From a bacterium (GTDB lineage: Bacteria > UBP15 > UBA6099), in NCBI GenBank assembly GCA_029564595.1, contig JAKQPS010000113.1, positions 32,227-96,226 of the forward strand: a stretch of 64,000 bases of DNA. The letters run 5' to 3'. Below are positions 10,112-20,659 of the stretch, one piece after another (positions within the stretch are counted from its first letter, which is position 1; every line of letters starts with the position of its first letter). A program made the translations under genes and the position numbers. A model generated the notes under the pieces. The model did no database searches and was not told the DNA's origin. It saw nothing but the letters and a program-made list of their open reading frames with translations.

Positions 10112-10522
10112 ATGAAGATAGATACGAGCACATTTGCGGCGTTTGCGGCCAAGAGCATGGAAAAGCTCAAGGCGGACTTCGACCCTGCCGAAAAAGAGCG
10201 CGAAGGCAGCCTCAAAGCGATTCTTACGAGAATAAAGAACGCCCGCATATCCCGCGACCTCAGAGACCACTACTCTAAGCTTGTCCGCACTATGGCCGCA
10301 GACGACAGATTGGACGACAAGCTGATCAAAAGCATCCTTGAAATAATTTTTCTTCTGGAAATGACATCTTCCGAAAACGAAAAAAACGAGGAATACGCGG
10401 TCGGAAACGCTGAGAAAACCGTTAACGATGAAATGAAACAACTCCGCAGCGACCGCGCAGAGATAAAAACCCGCAAAGAAAGCCTGCAAAAACTCCGGGA
10501 CAGCTTTTCCGCCATTGCCTGA
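10112..10522 (+). CDS. Hypothetical helical/coiled-coil protein
   Basis: 136-aa charged helical ORF with ATG start in an otherwise empty gap; no recognised motif. Confidence 0.6.
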   Translation: MKIDTSTFAAFAAKSMEKLKADFDPAEKEREGSLKAILTRIKNARISRDLRDHYSKLVRTMAADDRLDDKLIKSILEIIFLLEMTSSENEKNEEYAVGNAEKTVNDEMKQLRSDRAEIKTRKESLQKLRDSFSAIA

Positions 10523-10814
10523 TTCCGTCAGCTACGCAAATTACATTTCCACATCGATATGCATGAGTTATATGAATTCTTGATTTATGCCTGATTGGTC
10601 AAAAGAAAATAAGGCCTTGAAAATTCCGACAAAAACATCGCAATACTCTCAAAATTGACCGTGCAAAAAGACGCGAAAAATCTAGAAAATATTTTTCTAT
10701 AGGTTTTTTTCAGGTTAATATAACCCTTCTATCCATTGCGTCGCTATGAAATTTCGGGTGTTTATCTTATCATATAGTTCGACTGTCGGTTGAGTCGGCG
10801 GGGAATGATTATTT

Positions 10815-11285
10815 ATGAATATGAAGGAAATCGGAACTCCGAGGAAGGCTTTCGGAATCGTCTGGGCGGCGGAGCTTGTGGCTCCGGCTATTTATGTGGT
10901 TATCGGACACAGTTTCATCAAAGGCGGGGCAATGAGCGCGTTTGCGTCCGGAAACTCTCTGCTTATGAAGGCGATGCTGGCGACGGGGGCCTTGGTTTTT
11001 ATCGCCGGATTCGTCTTTCCGCAGATGAGGTTGAACGACGCCGCTTTTCAGAAGAAAGGCGGCGCGGACGAAGCCGCGCAATACGTCTTTACCACAGGGC
11101 TGATATCGCTAGGGATGTTTGAGACCGTCCCCCTGCTCGCTCTGGTATGGGGATTCGTCGCCGGGGATTTGACTTACCTTGTTCCTTCCGCAGTCATAGC
11201 GATGATAGCGATAATTTTTATACGCGGCCAGATAAATATGAGTTTCGACAGAGTTGAATCGTTGTTTCCGAACGGGAGAGGATAA
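10815..11285 (+). CDS. Hypothetical integral membrane protein (about 4 TM)
   Basis: Several hydrophobic segments; apparently first gene of the run leading to lgt. Confidence 0.75.
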   Translation: MNMKEIGTPRKAFGIVWAAELVAPAIYVVIGHSFIKGGAMSAFASGNSLLMKAMLATGALVFIAGFVFPQMRLNDAAFQKKGGADEAAQYVFTTGLISLGMFETVPLLALVWGFVAGDLTYLVPSAVIAMIAIIFIRGQINMSFDRVESLFPNGRG

Positions 11286-11286
11286 C

Positions 11287-11994
11287 ATGCCGAGCGCCGA
11301 AAAAGGGCCGGAAGCGGTCAGGAAAATCTTTCAAACAAAAAAGATGGCGCTGATAGCGAGCCTGCCGGCTAATGACGTTGGGCTTGCGGTTGCGGCGCAA
11401 GCTGGCGGAGCGGACATGATAAAGATACATTTGAACGTCCGCCACGCGGCGAGCGGCGCGTGTTTCGGCTCATTCGCAGAGGAGCGCGCCCGGATAGAAG
11501 CCGTGCTTGGCTCAGTTGAAATCCCTGTGGGAATAATGCCGGGCGCGGCAACGGCGGCGACCGCGCTAGAACTGGAATCTCTTGCGGAAATGGGAATCGC
11601 GTTTTACGACATTTACGCTAGCGACATGCCTGCGGAATATCTCAAAGTCGAAGGAATAGAGGCAATGGTAGCGCTCGGTCCGGACTGGCGGGAATGGGAG
11701 CCGGAAAGATATTCTTCGCTGGGAGTCGGGCTGCTCGAAGCTTCCATAGTGAAACATGAGGAATACGGCAGGCCGCTGTTCGCGTCCGACCTCGCGGCGT
11801 ATTCGAGGATAGCGGCGGCGTTCGCGGGAGCGGTTGTCGTTCCGACGCAGAAAGCGATCAGGCCCGACGAAACCGCGCTGCTGGCAAGATGCGGCGTCAG
11901 GGGATTGATGATAGGGAAAATCGTCGCGGGGGACAGCGCGTCCTCCTTTGAAAAGAGCGCGGCGGAATTCGCCCGGCGCATCGCCGAGCTTTAA
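11287..11994 (+). CDS. Conserved hypothetical protein, probable TIM-barrel fold
   Basis: RBS GAGG then ATG at 11287. LIASLPAND...GGADMIKIHLNV and VVVPTQKAI...GLMIG beta/alpha pattern. Confidence 0.7.
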   Translation: MPSAEKGPEAVRKIFQTKKMALIASLPANDVGLAVAAQAGGADMIKIHLNVRHAASGACFGSFAEERARIEAVLGSVEIPVGIMPGAATAATALELESLAEMGIAFYDIYASDMPAEYLKVEGIEAMVALGPDWREWEPERYSSLGVGLLEASIVKHEEYGRPLFASDLAAYSRIAAAFAGAVVVPTQKAIRPDETALLARCGVRGLMIGKIVAGDSASSFEKSAAEFARRIAEL

Positions 11995-12014
11995 CCGCCC
12001 GGCACCGGAGTTAT

Positions 12015-12896
12015 ATGCATCCAATATTCTTTTCTTTTCCGCAGATTGAGATTCTAGGCAGGACGGTCGGGCCGTTGCATATTCACGCATACGGCGTGAT
12101 GCTCGCGGTGGCTTTTCTGTTCGGCCTCGCGCTGCTCATAAGAGAAGGCCGCCGCTATAAGTTCTCTTCAGACGACATGCTGGACATGACGATTTACATA
12201 ATTATTTCCAGCATAATCGGCGCGCGCATCATGTACATCTTGTTGTCAATAGGCGACTATTCCACCGACCCGCTGGGGGCGTTGAAGATATACGAAGGCG
12301 GGCTTTCGCAGCACGGCGGAGTCATCGGAGGCTTTGCGGGGCTTGCGCTGTTCGGTTGGAGAAAGAAATATTCCATCGCGGCGCTGTGCGACGCGGCGGC
12401 TCCGCCTCTTGTTCTAGGTTCGGCGGTCGCAAGATGGGGATGCTTCCTGAACGGATGCTGTTACGGAGCGCCGTGGAACGGGCCTTTCGCTATTGTTTTC
12501 CCCTCTTTGGGCGACGGTCTCCCCCGCCACCCGGCCATGCTTTACGACTCTTTCCTGCATTTCGCGCTGCTCGGCGCGATGTTCGCCCTCAGACGTTTCA
12601 AGCGGAAAGACGGGGACATGGTGGCGTTCTATCTTGTCGGTTTCGCTATTCTCAGATTCATCACTGAAATATTCCGCTCCGGGAACACCGGCGTGGCAGT
12701 CGTCGGAACGATCACCATAGCGCAGCTTGTGTCGATTCCGCTGATTGCCGCAGGGATATTCATCTATACGAGGCCCGCGAAGCCTGTCGCCGCGCCTTCC
12801 GCAAAAAATAACAAGAAGAACTCAAGCCCGCCGAAGAAAACCAAAGGCTCCTCCGCGTCCGCCCCTCAGAAGAAGAAAAATAAGGGGAAACGCTGA
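12015..12896 (+). CDS. lgt: Prolipoprotein diacylglyceryl transferase
   Basis: MHPI, YGVMLA, IIGARI.Y, GGLS.HGG, RWGCFLNGCCYG, RHP..LY, RFITEIFR; Lys-rich tail. Confidence 0.95.
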   Translation: MHPIFFSFPQIEILGRTVGPLHIHAYGVMLAVAFLFGLALLIREGRRYKFSSDDMLDMTIYIIISSIIGARIMYILLSIGDYSTDPLGALKIYEGGLSQHGGVIGGFAGLALFGWRKKYSIAALCDAAAPPLVLGSAVARWGCFLNGCCYGAPWNGPFAIVFPSLGDGLPRHPAMLYDSFLHFALLGAMFALRRFKRKDGDMVAFYLVGFAILRFITEIFRSGNTGVAVVGTITIAQLVSIPLIAAGIFIYTRPAKPVAAPSAKNNKKNSSPPKKTKGSSASAPQKKKNKGKR

Positions 12897-12900
12897 ACTC

Positions 12901-13926
12901 ATGTGTTCCGAATCGCCGCATGTCAATCAACTGGACGATGAGAATCTCGAAGACCGGGAACATGAGTTTCAGGCTGAGGCCGACTGCTCCCGGCTCGACA
13001 TGTTTATTAAGGAACGCCTGACGACTCTTTCTAGGGGCCACATTCAAAGGCTGATAAAGACCGACTCCGTCTCTCTGAACGGAGTGGCGGCGAAACCTTC
13101 AAAATCCGTCCGGCCCGGCGATTGGATAAGGGTCTCCCTTCCGCCGCTTCAACCTTCGGACATTGTTCCGGAAGACATCCCGCTGGACATCATTTTCGAG
13201 GACGGCGATATAATAGTCGTCAACAAACCCAAGGGAATGACGGTTCATCCCGCGCCGAATCAATCCACCGGAACGCTTGTAAACGCCCTTCTGAAATATT
13301 GCGGCAACAGTCTTTCCGGCATAAACGGAGTGGCCCGGCCCGGTATCGTTCACAGGATAGACAAGGACACTTCCGGTTTGCTGGTGGTGGCAAAAACCGA
13401 TTTCGCGCACAACCATATCGCCGAACAGATAAAACTCAGAGAGACGACCAAGAAGTACACCGCGGTCGCGCACGGCGCGCCCTCGAAAAGTTCCGGCCGC
13501 ATCGAAACGCTCATCGCCAGAAATCCGAGAGACAGAAAAAAGATGTGCGTGGCGAAAAAGGACGGAAGGGACGCGATAACGCTATACGAGACGAAAGAAA
13601 AGTTCGGGCATTTTTCCGAGATTGACGTAAGGATTTTGACCGGGCGCACGCATCAGATACGGGTGCATCTGGCGCACATAGGATGCCCTATCGCCGGCGA
13701 CGGCGCGTACGGCGGCGGCTCTCTAAAAACGCAGGAGCTTCGCGGGGATAGACGAGCGGCTTTTCAGGACGCCCTCGACCGGCTTCAGGGTCAGGCGCTT
13801 CACGCGCGCGAGATTTCTTTCAGACATCCGAGGACCAACGAGACTGTAAGTTTTACCGCGCCGCCCGCGCCGGACATAGCGGCATTCATCAATTTTCTAA
13901 AGGAGAACGATCCTCTTGAAGTTTAA
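12901..13926 (+). CDS. rluD: RluA-family 23S rRNA pseudouridine synthase with S4 domain
   Basis: S4 RLD, VVNKPKGMTVHP, GIVHRIDKDTSGL, TGRTHQIRVH, QALHA. Confidence 0.93.
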   Translation: MCSESPHVNQLDDENLEDREHEFQAEADCSRLDMFIKERLTTLSRGHIQRLIKTDSVSLNGVAAKPSKSVRPGDWIRVSLPPLQPSDIVPEDIPLDIIFEDGDIIVVNKPKGMTVHPAPNQSTGTLVNALLKYCGNSLSGINGVARPGIVHRIDKDTSGLLVVAKTDFAHNHIAEQIKLRETTKKYTAVAHGAPSKSSGRIETLIARNPRDRKKMCVAKKDGRDAITLYETKEKFGHFSEIDVRILTGRTHQIRVHLAHIGCPIAGDGAYGGGSLKTQELRGDRRAAFQDALDRLQGQALHAREISFRHPRTNETVSFTAPPAPDIAAFINFLKENDPLEV

Positions 13927-15028
13927 GATTGAAGGAACGGAAGGAGCGGCCCGCGCGGGCGCGGTCGAACTGCCGAGAGGCAGTTTCCTGACTCCGGCGT
14001 TCATGCCGGTAGGCACGCAGGCCACCGTCAAAGGCCTCTCTCCCGAAGAACTGCGCGAACTTGGTTTCAGAGTGATACTGTCGAACGCGTATCATCTGTA
14101 TCTGCGCCCCGGACACGAGCTTGTGGAATCGATGGGCGGACTCCACAAGTTCATGGCGTGGGACGGACTGGCGCTCACTGACAGCGGAGGCTATCAGATT
14201 TTCAGCCTGAAAGGGATGATAAAACTCACTGACGAGGGCGTGACGTTCAAGTCGCATCTCGACGGGTCGTCGCATTTCATCCGGCCCGAAGACAGCATGG
14301 CGATACAGAGGGCTATAGGCGCGGACATGGTCATGGCGCTGGACGAATGCCCTCCGGGCGACTCGGACAGAATAAAACTTGAGGCGGCGGTCGCTCGCAC
14401 CGCCGCATGGCTGCGTCGCTGCCGCTCCGTTTCTCTCAAATCTCACCAGACGCTTATCCCGATTATTCAGGGCGGAACGGACCGCGAGATGAGGCGCAGG
14501 TCTGCGGATTTGACTCTCGAAATGGATTTCGACGCGCACGCGCTGGGCGGCCTCAGCGTCGGGGAGGAACGCGGCGCGATGCTTGACACTGTGGAGTTCG
14601 CCGCCCCGCTCCTGCCGCATGACAAACCCAGATACCTCATGGGCGTCGGAATGCCGTCGGACATCCTAGACGCTGTGGAGCGCGGGATCGACATGTTCGA
14701 CTGCGTGCTGCCGACTAGGATGGGAAGAAACGCCGCCGCATTCACATCGCGGGGCAGGATTAATCTGCGAAACGCGGCGCACGCCCGCGACGACAGCCCG
14801 ATCGACCCCGAATGCGACGGCGCGTGCTGCCGCAATTTTTCCCGCGCGTACGTCAGGCATCTCTTTATGTCCGGCGAGATTATGGCCGCGCGGATAACCT
14901 CTTTTCACAATCTCGCTTTTTATGCTAGAATGATGGCTCTCGCCCGAAAGGCGATACTCGAAAATAGATTCGCTTCTTTCAAGCGGGATTTCGAGGCAAA
15001 GCAAAACAACGGAGGCGTTAATGAATAA
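13916..15028 (+). CDS. tgt: tRNA-guanine transglycosylase
   Basis: TPAFMPVGT, NAYHLYLRPG, TDSGGYQIFSL, DMFDCVLPTR, Zn-binding CxxxxC...H region. Confidence 0.97.
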   Translation: MKFKIEGTEGAARAGAVELPRGSFLTPAFMPVGTQATVKGLSPEELRELGFRVILSNAYHLYLRPGHELVESMGGLHKFMAWDGLALTDSGGYQIFSLKGMIKLTDEGVTFKSHLDGSSHFIRPEDSMAIQRAIGADMVMALDECPPGDSDRIKLEAAVARTAAWLRRCRSVSLKSHQTLIPIIQGGTDREMRRRSADLTLEMDFDAHALGGLSVGEERGAMLDTVEFAAPLLPHDKPRYLMGVGMPSDILDAVERGIDMFDCVLPTRMGRNAAAFTSRGRINLRNAAHARDDSPIDPECDGACCRNFSRAYVRHLFMSGEIMAARITSFHNLAFYARMMALARKAILENRFASFKRDFEAKQNNGGVNE

Positions 15029-15305
15029 CCCCCAGATAGTGAACCTAGTGATGATTGTCGGGTTCATAGCAATTTTTTACTTCATACTGCTCCGCCCCCA
15101 GAGCGTTCAGCAGAAGAAAAGAAAAGAGCTGCTGGAATCGCTTAAGGTGGGCGACAAGGTTTTGCTCAACAGCGGAATCTACGGCGAAATAACCGAGGTC
15201 AGAAAAAGCAGTCTTCGGGTGAAGATCGCCAAAGATGTTGTAGTCAGATTGGATCGCAGCGGAGTACAGTCTAAAACAAGCAAAGAAAAAGAAGAAGCCG
15301 ACTAG
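15021..15305 (+). CDS. yajC: Preprotein translocase subunit YajC
   Basis: FYFILLRPQ..QQK, LKVGDKV...SGIYGEI; follows tgt. Confidence 0.95.
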   Translation: MNNPQIVNLVMIVGFIAIFYFILLRPQSVQQKKRKELLESLKVGDKVLLNSGIYGEITEVRKSSLRVKIAKDVVVRLDRSGVQSKTSKEKEEAD

Positions 15306-15316
15306 ACAGGGTCGAA

Positions 15317-16051
15317 ATGTCTGAAAAGATTCACCCCGGTAAAGACGGAATAAGCGCAGCGGGAATAGCGATAGCGCTGGCGGTGTTCGTAGTTGTCGCG
15401 ATGGGGCTGACGCGACTGTCCGACCGCGCGGTAACAGCTCCTGCTGAAATGACGGCGGCGCATCAAACGCTTCCGCGCGAACATGTCGAGCAGGCTCAAG
15501 TCGCCGCCGCGCCTGAGACGGGAGAAATCATGCCGCCCGCTCAAGCCGAAACGGAACGGCAAATCGTTGCTGCTGCGGAACCGCGCCGGGAACCAGCGCA
15601 ACCCCGCCCCGCCCCGCCCCAACCCGCAGTTCGCCCAACTCCAGCTCAATCCGAGAAAACTTCTGTGACCATAAATAGGGTGCAACAAGCGGCGCGCCCG
15701 GTTCCGTCGGAGCTTCTTCCCAATGTGACCGTCCCCGCGCCCGGAAAACTTGTCGAGCCTCCGCCCGCTGTCGAAAAAGTCGATCCGAAATCCATCAACG
15801 ACCCGGCGGCAGCCATGTGGTACTCAGTACGCGTCGGGTACACCGACAGCAAAGTGAGAGCGGACATCCTGCGAGACGTTCTGCGCGAACAGGGATTCCC
15901 GAAAGCGGACACCGTGAACGGGGGCGACGGAACGTATTTCGTTTCTCTCGGCGATTTCAACTACCGGTATCAGGCCGAACAGGTGTCGGACTCGGTGAAA
16001 GACAGGACGAGCCTTCTGCCGATGATTCACGAAAAAACGGTGGCTAAATAA
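15317..16051 (+). CDS. SPOR-domain cell-envelope protein
   Basis: N-terminal TM, Pro/Ala-rich linker, C-terminal YSVRVG..A..L...L...GF..Y.V.LG.F....A SPOR pattern. Confidence 0.8.
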   Translation: MSEKIHPGKDGISAAGIAIALAVFVVVAMGLTRLSDRAVTAPAEMTAAHQTLPREHVEQAQVAAAPETGEIMPPAQAETERQIVAAAEPRREPAQPRPAPPQPAVRPTPAQSEKTSVTINRVQQAARPVPSELLPNVTVPAPGKLVEPPPAVEKVDPKSINDPAAAMWYSVRVGYTDSKVRADILRDVLREQGFPKADTVNGGDGTYFVSLGDFNYRYQAEQVSDSVKDRTSLLPMIHEKTVAK

Positions 16052-16128
16052 ATATCTATCGCAACGCAACCGGCGCGATAATAGCCGCGCCGCAAACAAC
16101 TCGAAAAGAATCCATGGAGGAATATACA

Positions 16129-17070
16129 ATGAAAAGAATAATCAACGCACTGGCGGTCGCGGCGCTCGCGCTTTTTGCCGCTGTTATGGCAACGCCTGTT
16201 TTCGCAGCATCGTCCGACTCCGAGAAAGAAATCGCATCGGTATTCGAATCGCTTTGCGGCAACGCTGAAAAGAAGGTTGGCATACATGTGAAACCGGCTT
16301 CGCCCGCTCCCGGCAAGGCTTACTCCTCTGCGTCAATCTCGTATCTTTCATACGAGTTTGCGTCCGGCATGTGGATATTCAGGGAGATCGAGACGTCTGA
16401 CACCGGAGCGAAAAGAGTTTCCGGCGCGTGGAAGAATGTTCCGTTGGTTTCCGTATCCGGCGAAAAAACATTCAAAGACATCTATATAGACGACGCGTCC
16501 GTGCGAGGATATTCCGGAGAGGCGCTCGACCGCGCCCGACTCGAATATCTCCTCTCTCTTGATGGAATATCTTTTGACGGCGCTTCACTGAAACAAGCGG
16601 CAGCAAGCGCGGCTTCGGCCGATTCCGATAGAGTTGCCGTTCGTCAACTTCCCGCTCAGGCTTATTCTCAGGATTCCATCCCCGAACCTGTCATGAAGCT
16701 CATCATGGAGAAGCTTGACCCGGTGGTTTACACGGGCCTAATCATCGACGCCACGGAGACCGGAGCGAAAAGAACCCTCTCGCCGAACATCGTCACTTCC
16801 GACGGAAAAATCCTTCACGGTTTCGACAAGGAAATGAACACTTACAAGGACATCGACGGCAAAGACGTCATAAGGTACGCGCGTTCAGTCGATGAAGCAA
16901 AGGAACAGAAGGCGAACATCGGAACGGAGCCGCTGGTGATAAAGGCTGTCGGCGCGACTGGCCATTTCAAAGGCGACATCCTTATTTCGGATGAAGACGC
17001 AAAAGCGATTCTTGAGGCTGAAAAACACGGGAAGTTTCTTTCCAACAGAAAAGTGATTATTGCGCTCTGA
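16129..17070 (+). CDS. Secreted hypothetical protein
   Basis: GGAGG RBS; signal peptide (MKRII...VFA); C-terminal YTGLIIDA...SPNI...PLVIKA...DILIS..DA domain. Confidence 0.75.
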   Translation: MKRIINALAVAALALFAAVMATPVFAASSDSEKEIASVFESLCGNAEKKVGIHVKPASPAPGKAYSSASISYLSYEFASGMWIFREIETSDTGAKRVSGAWKNVPLVSVSGEKTFKDIYIDDASVRGYSGEALDRARLEYLLSLDGISFDGASLKQAAASAASADSDRVAVRQLPAQAYSQDSIPEPVMKLIMEKLDPVVYTGLIIDATETGAKRTLSPNIVTSDGKILHGFDKEMNTYKDIDGKDVIRYARSVDEAKEQKANIGTEPLVIKAVGATGHFKGDILISDEDAKAILEAEKHGKFLSNRKVIIAL

Positions 17071-17122
17071 CGCCACATGCCCGCGAACGCGCGGCTTCGA
17101 TAGCAAGGGAAACGGTTGACAC

Positions 17123-18076
17123 ATGGCATTCAAACAGGAAACGTATGACGTTGTGATAATAGGGTCAGGGCCGGCGGGTCTGACGTGCGCGCTATACTGC
17201 GCGCGGGCCGGACTGGGCGCGGTCATTCTGGACAGAGGCATGCAGGGCGGCCAGATGGCTATGACTGAATGGATAGACAACTATCCGGGTTTTCACGAAG
17301 GAGTGGAAGGCTCCAAGCTCGGCGAACTGATGTTCGAACACGCGCGGAGGTTCGGCGCCGAATCGACATACGCGACGGTCGAACGCATTGTCGGAAAAGA
17401 CTCCGATGGCATTTTGACTGTCGAGACGGACATGGGGCCGTTGAAAGCGAAGGCCGTTGTGGTAGCCACCGGCGCGGCTCCCGCAGAACTTGGCGCGCCC
17501 GGCGAGGCCGAACTTCGCGGCAGAGGCGTTTCGTACTGCGCTGTGTGCGACGGCAATTTTTTTAAGGGACAGGACGTGTGCGTGATCGGCGGCGGCGACG
17601 CCGCTGTCGAGGAGGCGGCCTACTTAGCGAAGCTCTGCCGAAAGGTTTACATCGTCCACAGAAGAGACAAACTGAGAGCGGCGAAAGCGGCTCAGGACGC
17701 CGCCGCGTCAAAAGACAATATTGAGTTCGCGCTGAACAGCATTCCGACAGCGATACTCGGCGACACTGAAGTGAAGGCTCTTCGAGTCAAAGACGCCGTT
17801 GCCGGCGAAGAGAGAGATTTGCCCTGCTCCGGCGTTTTTATTTATGTCGGAATTAAACCCGCCACGGATTTCGCGCGCGGCGCGCTTGATCTGGATGAAA
17901 ACGGATTCATAGTCACGGACAATGAAATGAGAACGAGCATGGATGGAGTGTACGCTGCTGGCGACGCCCGCAGGCCGAGAAACAGGCAGGTTGTAACAGC
18001 CTGCGCCGACGGAGCGACCGCCGCTCTGACTATCGAGCGGATACTCAACGAACAACCGGACAGATGGAGAAAATAA
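17123..18076 (+). CDS. trxB: Thioredoxin reductase
   Basis: IIGSGPAG, GRGVSYCAVCDG, IGGGDAAVEEA, HRRD, YAAGD. Confidence 0.97.
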   Translation: MAFKQETYDVVIIGSGPAGLTCALYCARAGLGAVILDRGMQGGQMAMTEWIDNYPGFHEGVEGSKLGELMFEHARRFGAESTYATVERIVGKDSDGILTVETDMGPLKAKAVVVATGAAPAELGAPGEAELRGRGVSYCAVCDGNFFKGQDVCVIGGGDAAVEEAAYLAKLCRKVYIVHRRDKLRAAKAAQDAAASKDNIEFALNSIPTAILGDTEVKALRVKDAVAGEERDLPCSGVFIYVGIKPATDFARGALDLDENGFIVTDNEMRTSMDGVYAAGDARRPRNRQVVTACADGATAALTIERILNEQPDRWRK

Positions 18077-18897
18077 TGAGCGGACTATATGACAGGATAC
18101 AGGCGGCGGTCAAGGCTGTAAGAGCGAAAACGGATTTCTCCGCGCCCACAGGGATAATACTCGGCACGGGTTTGGGCGCGATCGCAAAGGAAATCGATAT
18201 TGAAACTTCCATCCCTTATGAGGAAATTCCCGGATTCGCCAAACCCACCATATTCGCGCACGAAGGCAATTTGCTGTTCGGCAAGCTGAGCGGCAGGCCG
18301 GTCATAGCGATGCAGGGAAGGTTCCACCTTTACGAGGGTTTCACGCCGGATCAGGTCGCGTTTCCGGTCAGAGTCATCCGCGCGCTGGGCGCTGACACGC
18401 TGATAGTGTCCAACGCGGCGGGCGGATTGAGAAGATTTTTCCAACCCGCCGCTCTAATGATTATCGACGATCACATAAATATGATGGGAATTAACCCGCT
18501 CATCGGGCCGAACGATGAAAGGCTGGGACCGAGATTCCCCGACATGTCGGAACCGTACGACCGGGCGCTTGTCGCGCTCGCGGAAAAAATAGCCCTCGAA
18601 GAAGGCATAGACGCGCACAAAGGCGTTTACGTGTCGGTGACAGGCCCCAATCTTGAGACCGCCGCCGAATACCGCATGTTCATCAATATGGGGGCGGATG
18701 CCGTGGGAATGAGCACTGTTCCGGAGGTCATCGTCGCCAAGCACGCGGGAATGCGCGTTTTCGGCGTCTCGGTGATTACCGACATGTGCGTGCCGGATTG
18801 CCTTAAACCCGCGGACATCAAAGACATTATCAAATACGCCAATCAAGCTGAACCGAAACTGACGCGCCTCATATCTAAACTCGTCGCTTCGATATAA
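18076..18897 (+). CDS. punA: Purine nucleoside phosphorylase (trimeric type)
   Basis: IILGTGLG, MQGRFHLYEG, SNAAGG, GPNLETAAE, GADAVGMSTVPE; TAATG overlap with trxB. Confidence 0.95.
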   Translation: MSGLYDRIQAAVKAVRAKTDFSAPTGIILGTGLGAIAKEIDIETSIPYEEIPGFAKPTIFAHEGNLLFGKLSGRPVIAMQGRFHLYEGFTPDQVAFPVRVIRALGADTLIVSNAAGGLRRFFQPAALMIIDDHINMMGINPLIGPNDERLGPRFPDMSEPYDRALVALAEKIALEEGIDAHKGVYVSVTGPNLETAAEYRMFINMGADAVGMSTVPEVIVAKHAGMRVFGVSVITDMCVPDCLKPADIKDIIKYANQAEPKLTRLISKLVASI

Positions 18898-19137
18898 ATC
18901 ATTAATAAATTGGTTTGTTGGATTTTGCGGTGAAACCATTTTTTTGCAAAAAACATGTTTCCCCGCGCCCCTTCCGAAAAAAACTCTTTGTCGCCGATTT
19001 TGTTGAACTTCGTTCTTTACAAAATCGTCTCATTTCATTGATATGCGAAAAAGATATAGTTTTATGCAAGACACACAAATGGGTGGGTAAAATCAATTAA
19101 GAACTGACATAAACAAAATTCTTCCGCGCGCGTTATG

Positions 19138-20145
19138 TCAGAGTATCTCTTTTTTCAGGAAACGCTGCAAATCCGCAATCAGACGAAAATTCAGCGCGAA
19201 AGTGTTAATGTGCCCGGTGGGATACACCCTCAGCCACGGCATTCCGCCCCATGCCGCGTCTGTCGCCTCGACTGTTTCCACGGGGACGAGATGATCGTAA
19301 CGTCCTGAAGCCATGAACATGTTTTTCACCGGAACTCGCGGCTTCATCCGCCTCAGACTCATGAGAGCGTGCGCCCTGTCGTCCGACAGCATCGTCAACT
19401 CCCCGGCTGCCTCTCTGCGCCGCCAGTCATCGGCGTAATCCCATTTCGCGAAAAGGTCCGCCATGTCCACAGGAGGCATACACATTATGGCGAAATCGGC
19501 GTTGCTCGCGTTGCACGCGTAAGCGCCTGACAGAACGCCGCCGAAGGAGACCCCGAACAACCCGACGCTCCCTGCCCCGTTCTCGTTCAACCAGTTTATG
19601 AAAACCTGAACATCCGCGAACGACTGCCTGAACGAAAGCAGCGTCCATCTCGTCTCCGGAGTCATCAAATACTGCCCGCTGAAAGAACCTTCCGGAGTGC
19701 GCCGTTGCGAATACGGAATGGTGACCATCGCCGTTTCAAAACCCCAAGACGCGAACCTGAGCGCCCACCATTCAAAATAGAAATCGAAAGCCGCGTCCAC
19801 GTGCAGTCCGTTCAGCATCACGATGACAGGCGCTCCCTTGCGTCCGTCCAGCCGGAAATGCTTAACATACACCGTGTTGTTCTCTGAAAAAACCGTCTCT
19901 ATCGGGCTTGGATAGCTCCCCTCCCAAACAGACACGAACGGAAGCTGGGATGATTTTCTGAACCGTATGTCAGGGACTGCATCGGAAGGAGCGAAGAAAA
20001 GAGCCGGGTCTCCTAGCTCCTCGTCCGTCAGCAGAGCGCTCACATCGTATCCGGTCACATCCGGAATCTCCGGAGTCGAAGTCAGTTTCCCCGCTATCGA
20101 AGCAATCAAGTCAAAAACATCCGTCACGGCCTTGTCGAAATCCAT
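19138..20145 (-). CDS. Alpha/beta hydrolase
   Basis: GVSFGG nucleophile elbow, GRYDHLVP acid, TGH His. Start uncertain (ORF extends to 20181). Confidence 0.85.
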   Translation of the reverse strand: MDFDKAVTDVFDLIASIAGKLTSTPEIPDVTGYDVSALLTDEELGDPALFFAPSDAVPDIRFRKSSQLPFVSVWEGSYPSPIETVFSENNTVYVKHFRLDGRKGAPVIVMLNGLHVDAAFDFYFEWWALRFASWGFETAMVTIPYSQRRTPEGSFSGQYLMTPETRWTLLSFRQSFADVQVFINWLNENGAGSVGLFGVSFGGVLSGAYACNASNADFAIMCMPPVDMADLFAKWDYADDWRRREAAGELTMLSDDRAHALMSLRRMKPRVPVKNMFMASGRYDHLVPVETVEATDAAWGGMPWLRVYPTGHINTFALNFRLIADLQRFLKKEIL

Positions 20146-20408
20146 TATGATACGCTCCCGGCGGCCCCAACTGCGAGCCAAGTGTCTTTAACGATGATTC
20201 TAGCAGAACACAGCCAAAATATGCCATCGGAGATTTGTATGACTGATAATCTATCATACTGAAGTATATGCACTGCTCACAGCGCGCAAGCAATGAGTAA
20301 GAACAATTGCGTTGAATTTGTATATTACTGTAACATGCGCTCAAAGCGTCTGATACAATATCTCAAGGCGGAAAACCGGGATATAATTTAGATTTGCAGG
20401 AGGAACCC

Positions 20409-20630
20409 ATGAGCGAAGAATCGAAAGTGTGCGATGTTCCGGGGAAGAGCAACCATGTTCGCCATCATAACCACGGCGGACAAGCAGTATACGGATTAGG
20501 ATTTATCGGCGCGGCGGTATACTTCATCGGCAATGCAACAACCTTCGGCTCCGGCGTCGTCGGTTTCCTAAAAGCCATCGTATGGCCCGCATTCCTCGTG
20601 TATGAAGCATTCAAAACATTGTACAATTAA
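20409..20630 (+). CDS. Small two-TM membrane protein
   Basis: GGAGG RBS; GAVYGLGFIGAAVYF...GFLKAIVWPAFLVY. Confidence 0.8.
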   Translation: MSEESKVCDVPGKSNHVRHHNHGGQAVYGLGFIGAAVYFIGNATTFGSGVVGFLKAIVWPAFLVYEAFKTLYN

Positions 20631-20659
20631 GCGTTGCACATCGTCGCAAAGATTCTTTC

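Noticed and set aside
12745..12900. N-terminal extension of RluD overlapping lgt
   Set aside because: Out-of-frame read of the lgt Lys-rich tail; the ATG at 12901 follows the lgt stop.
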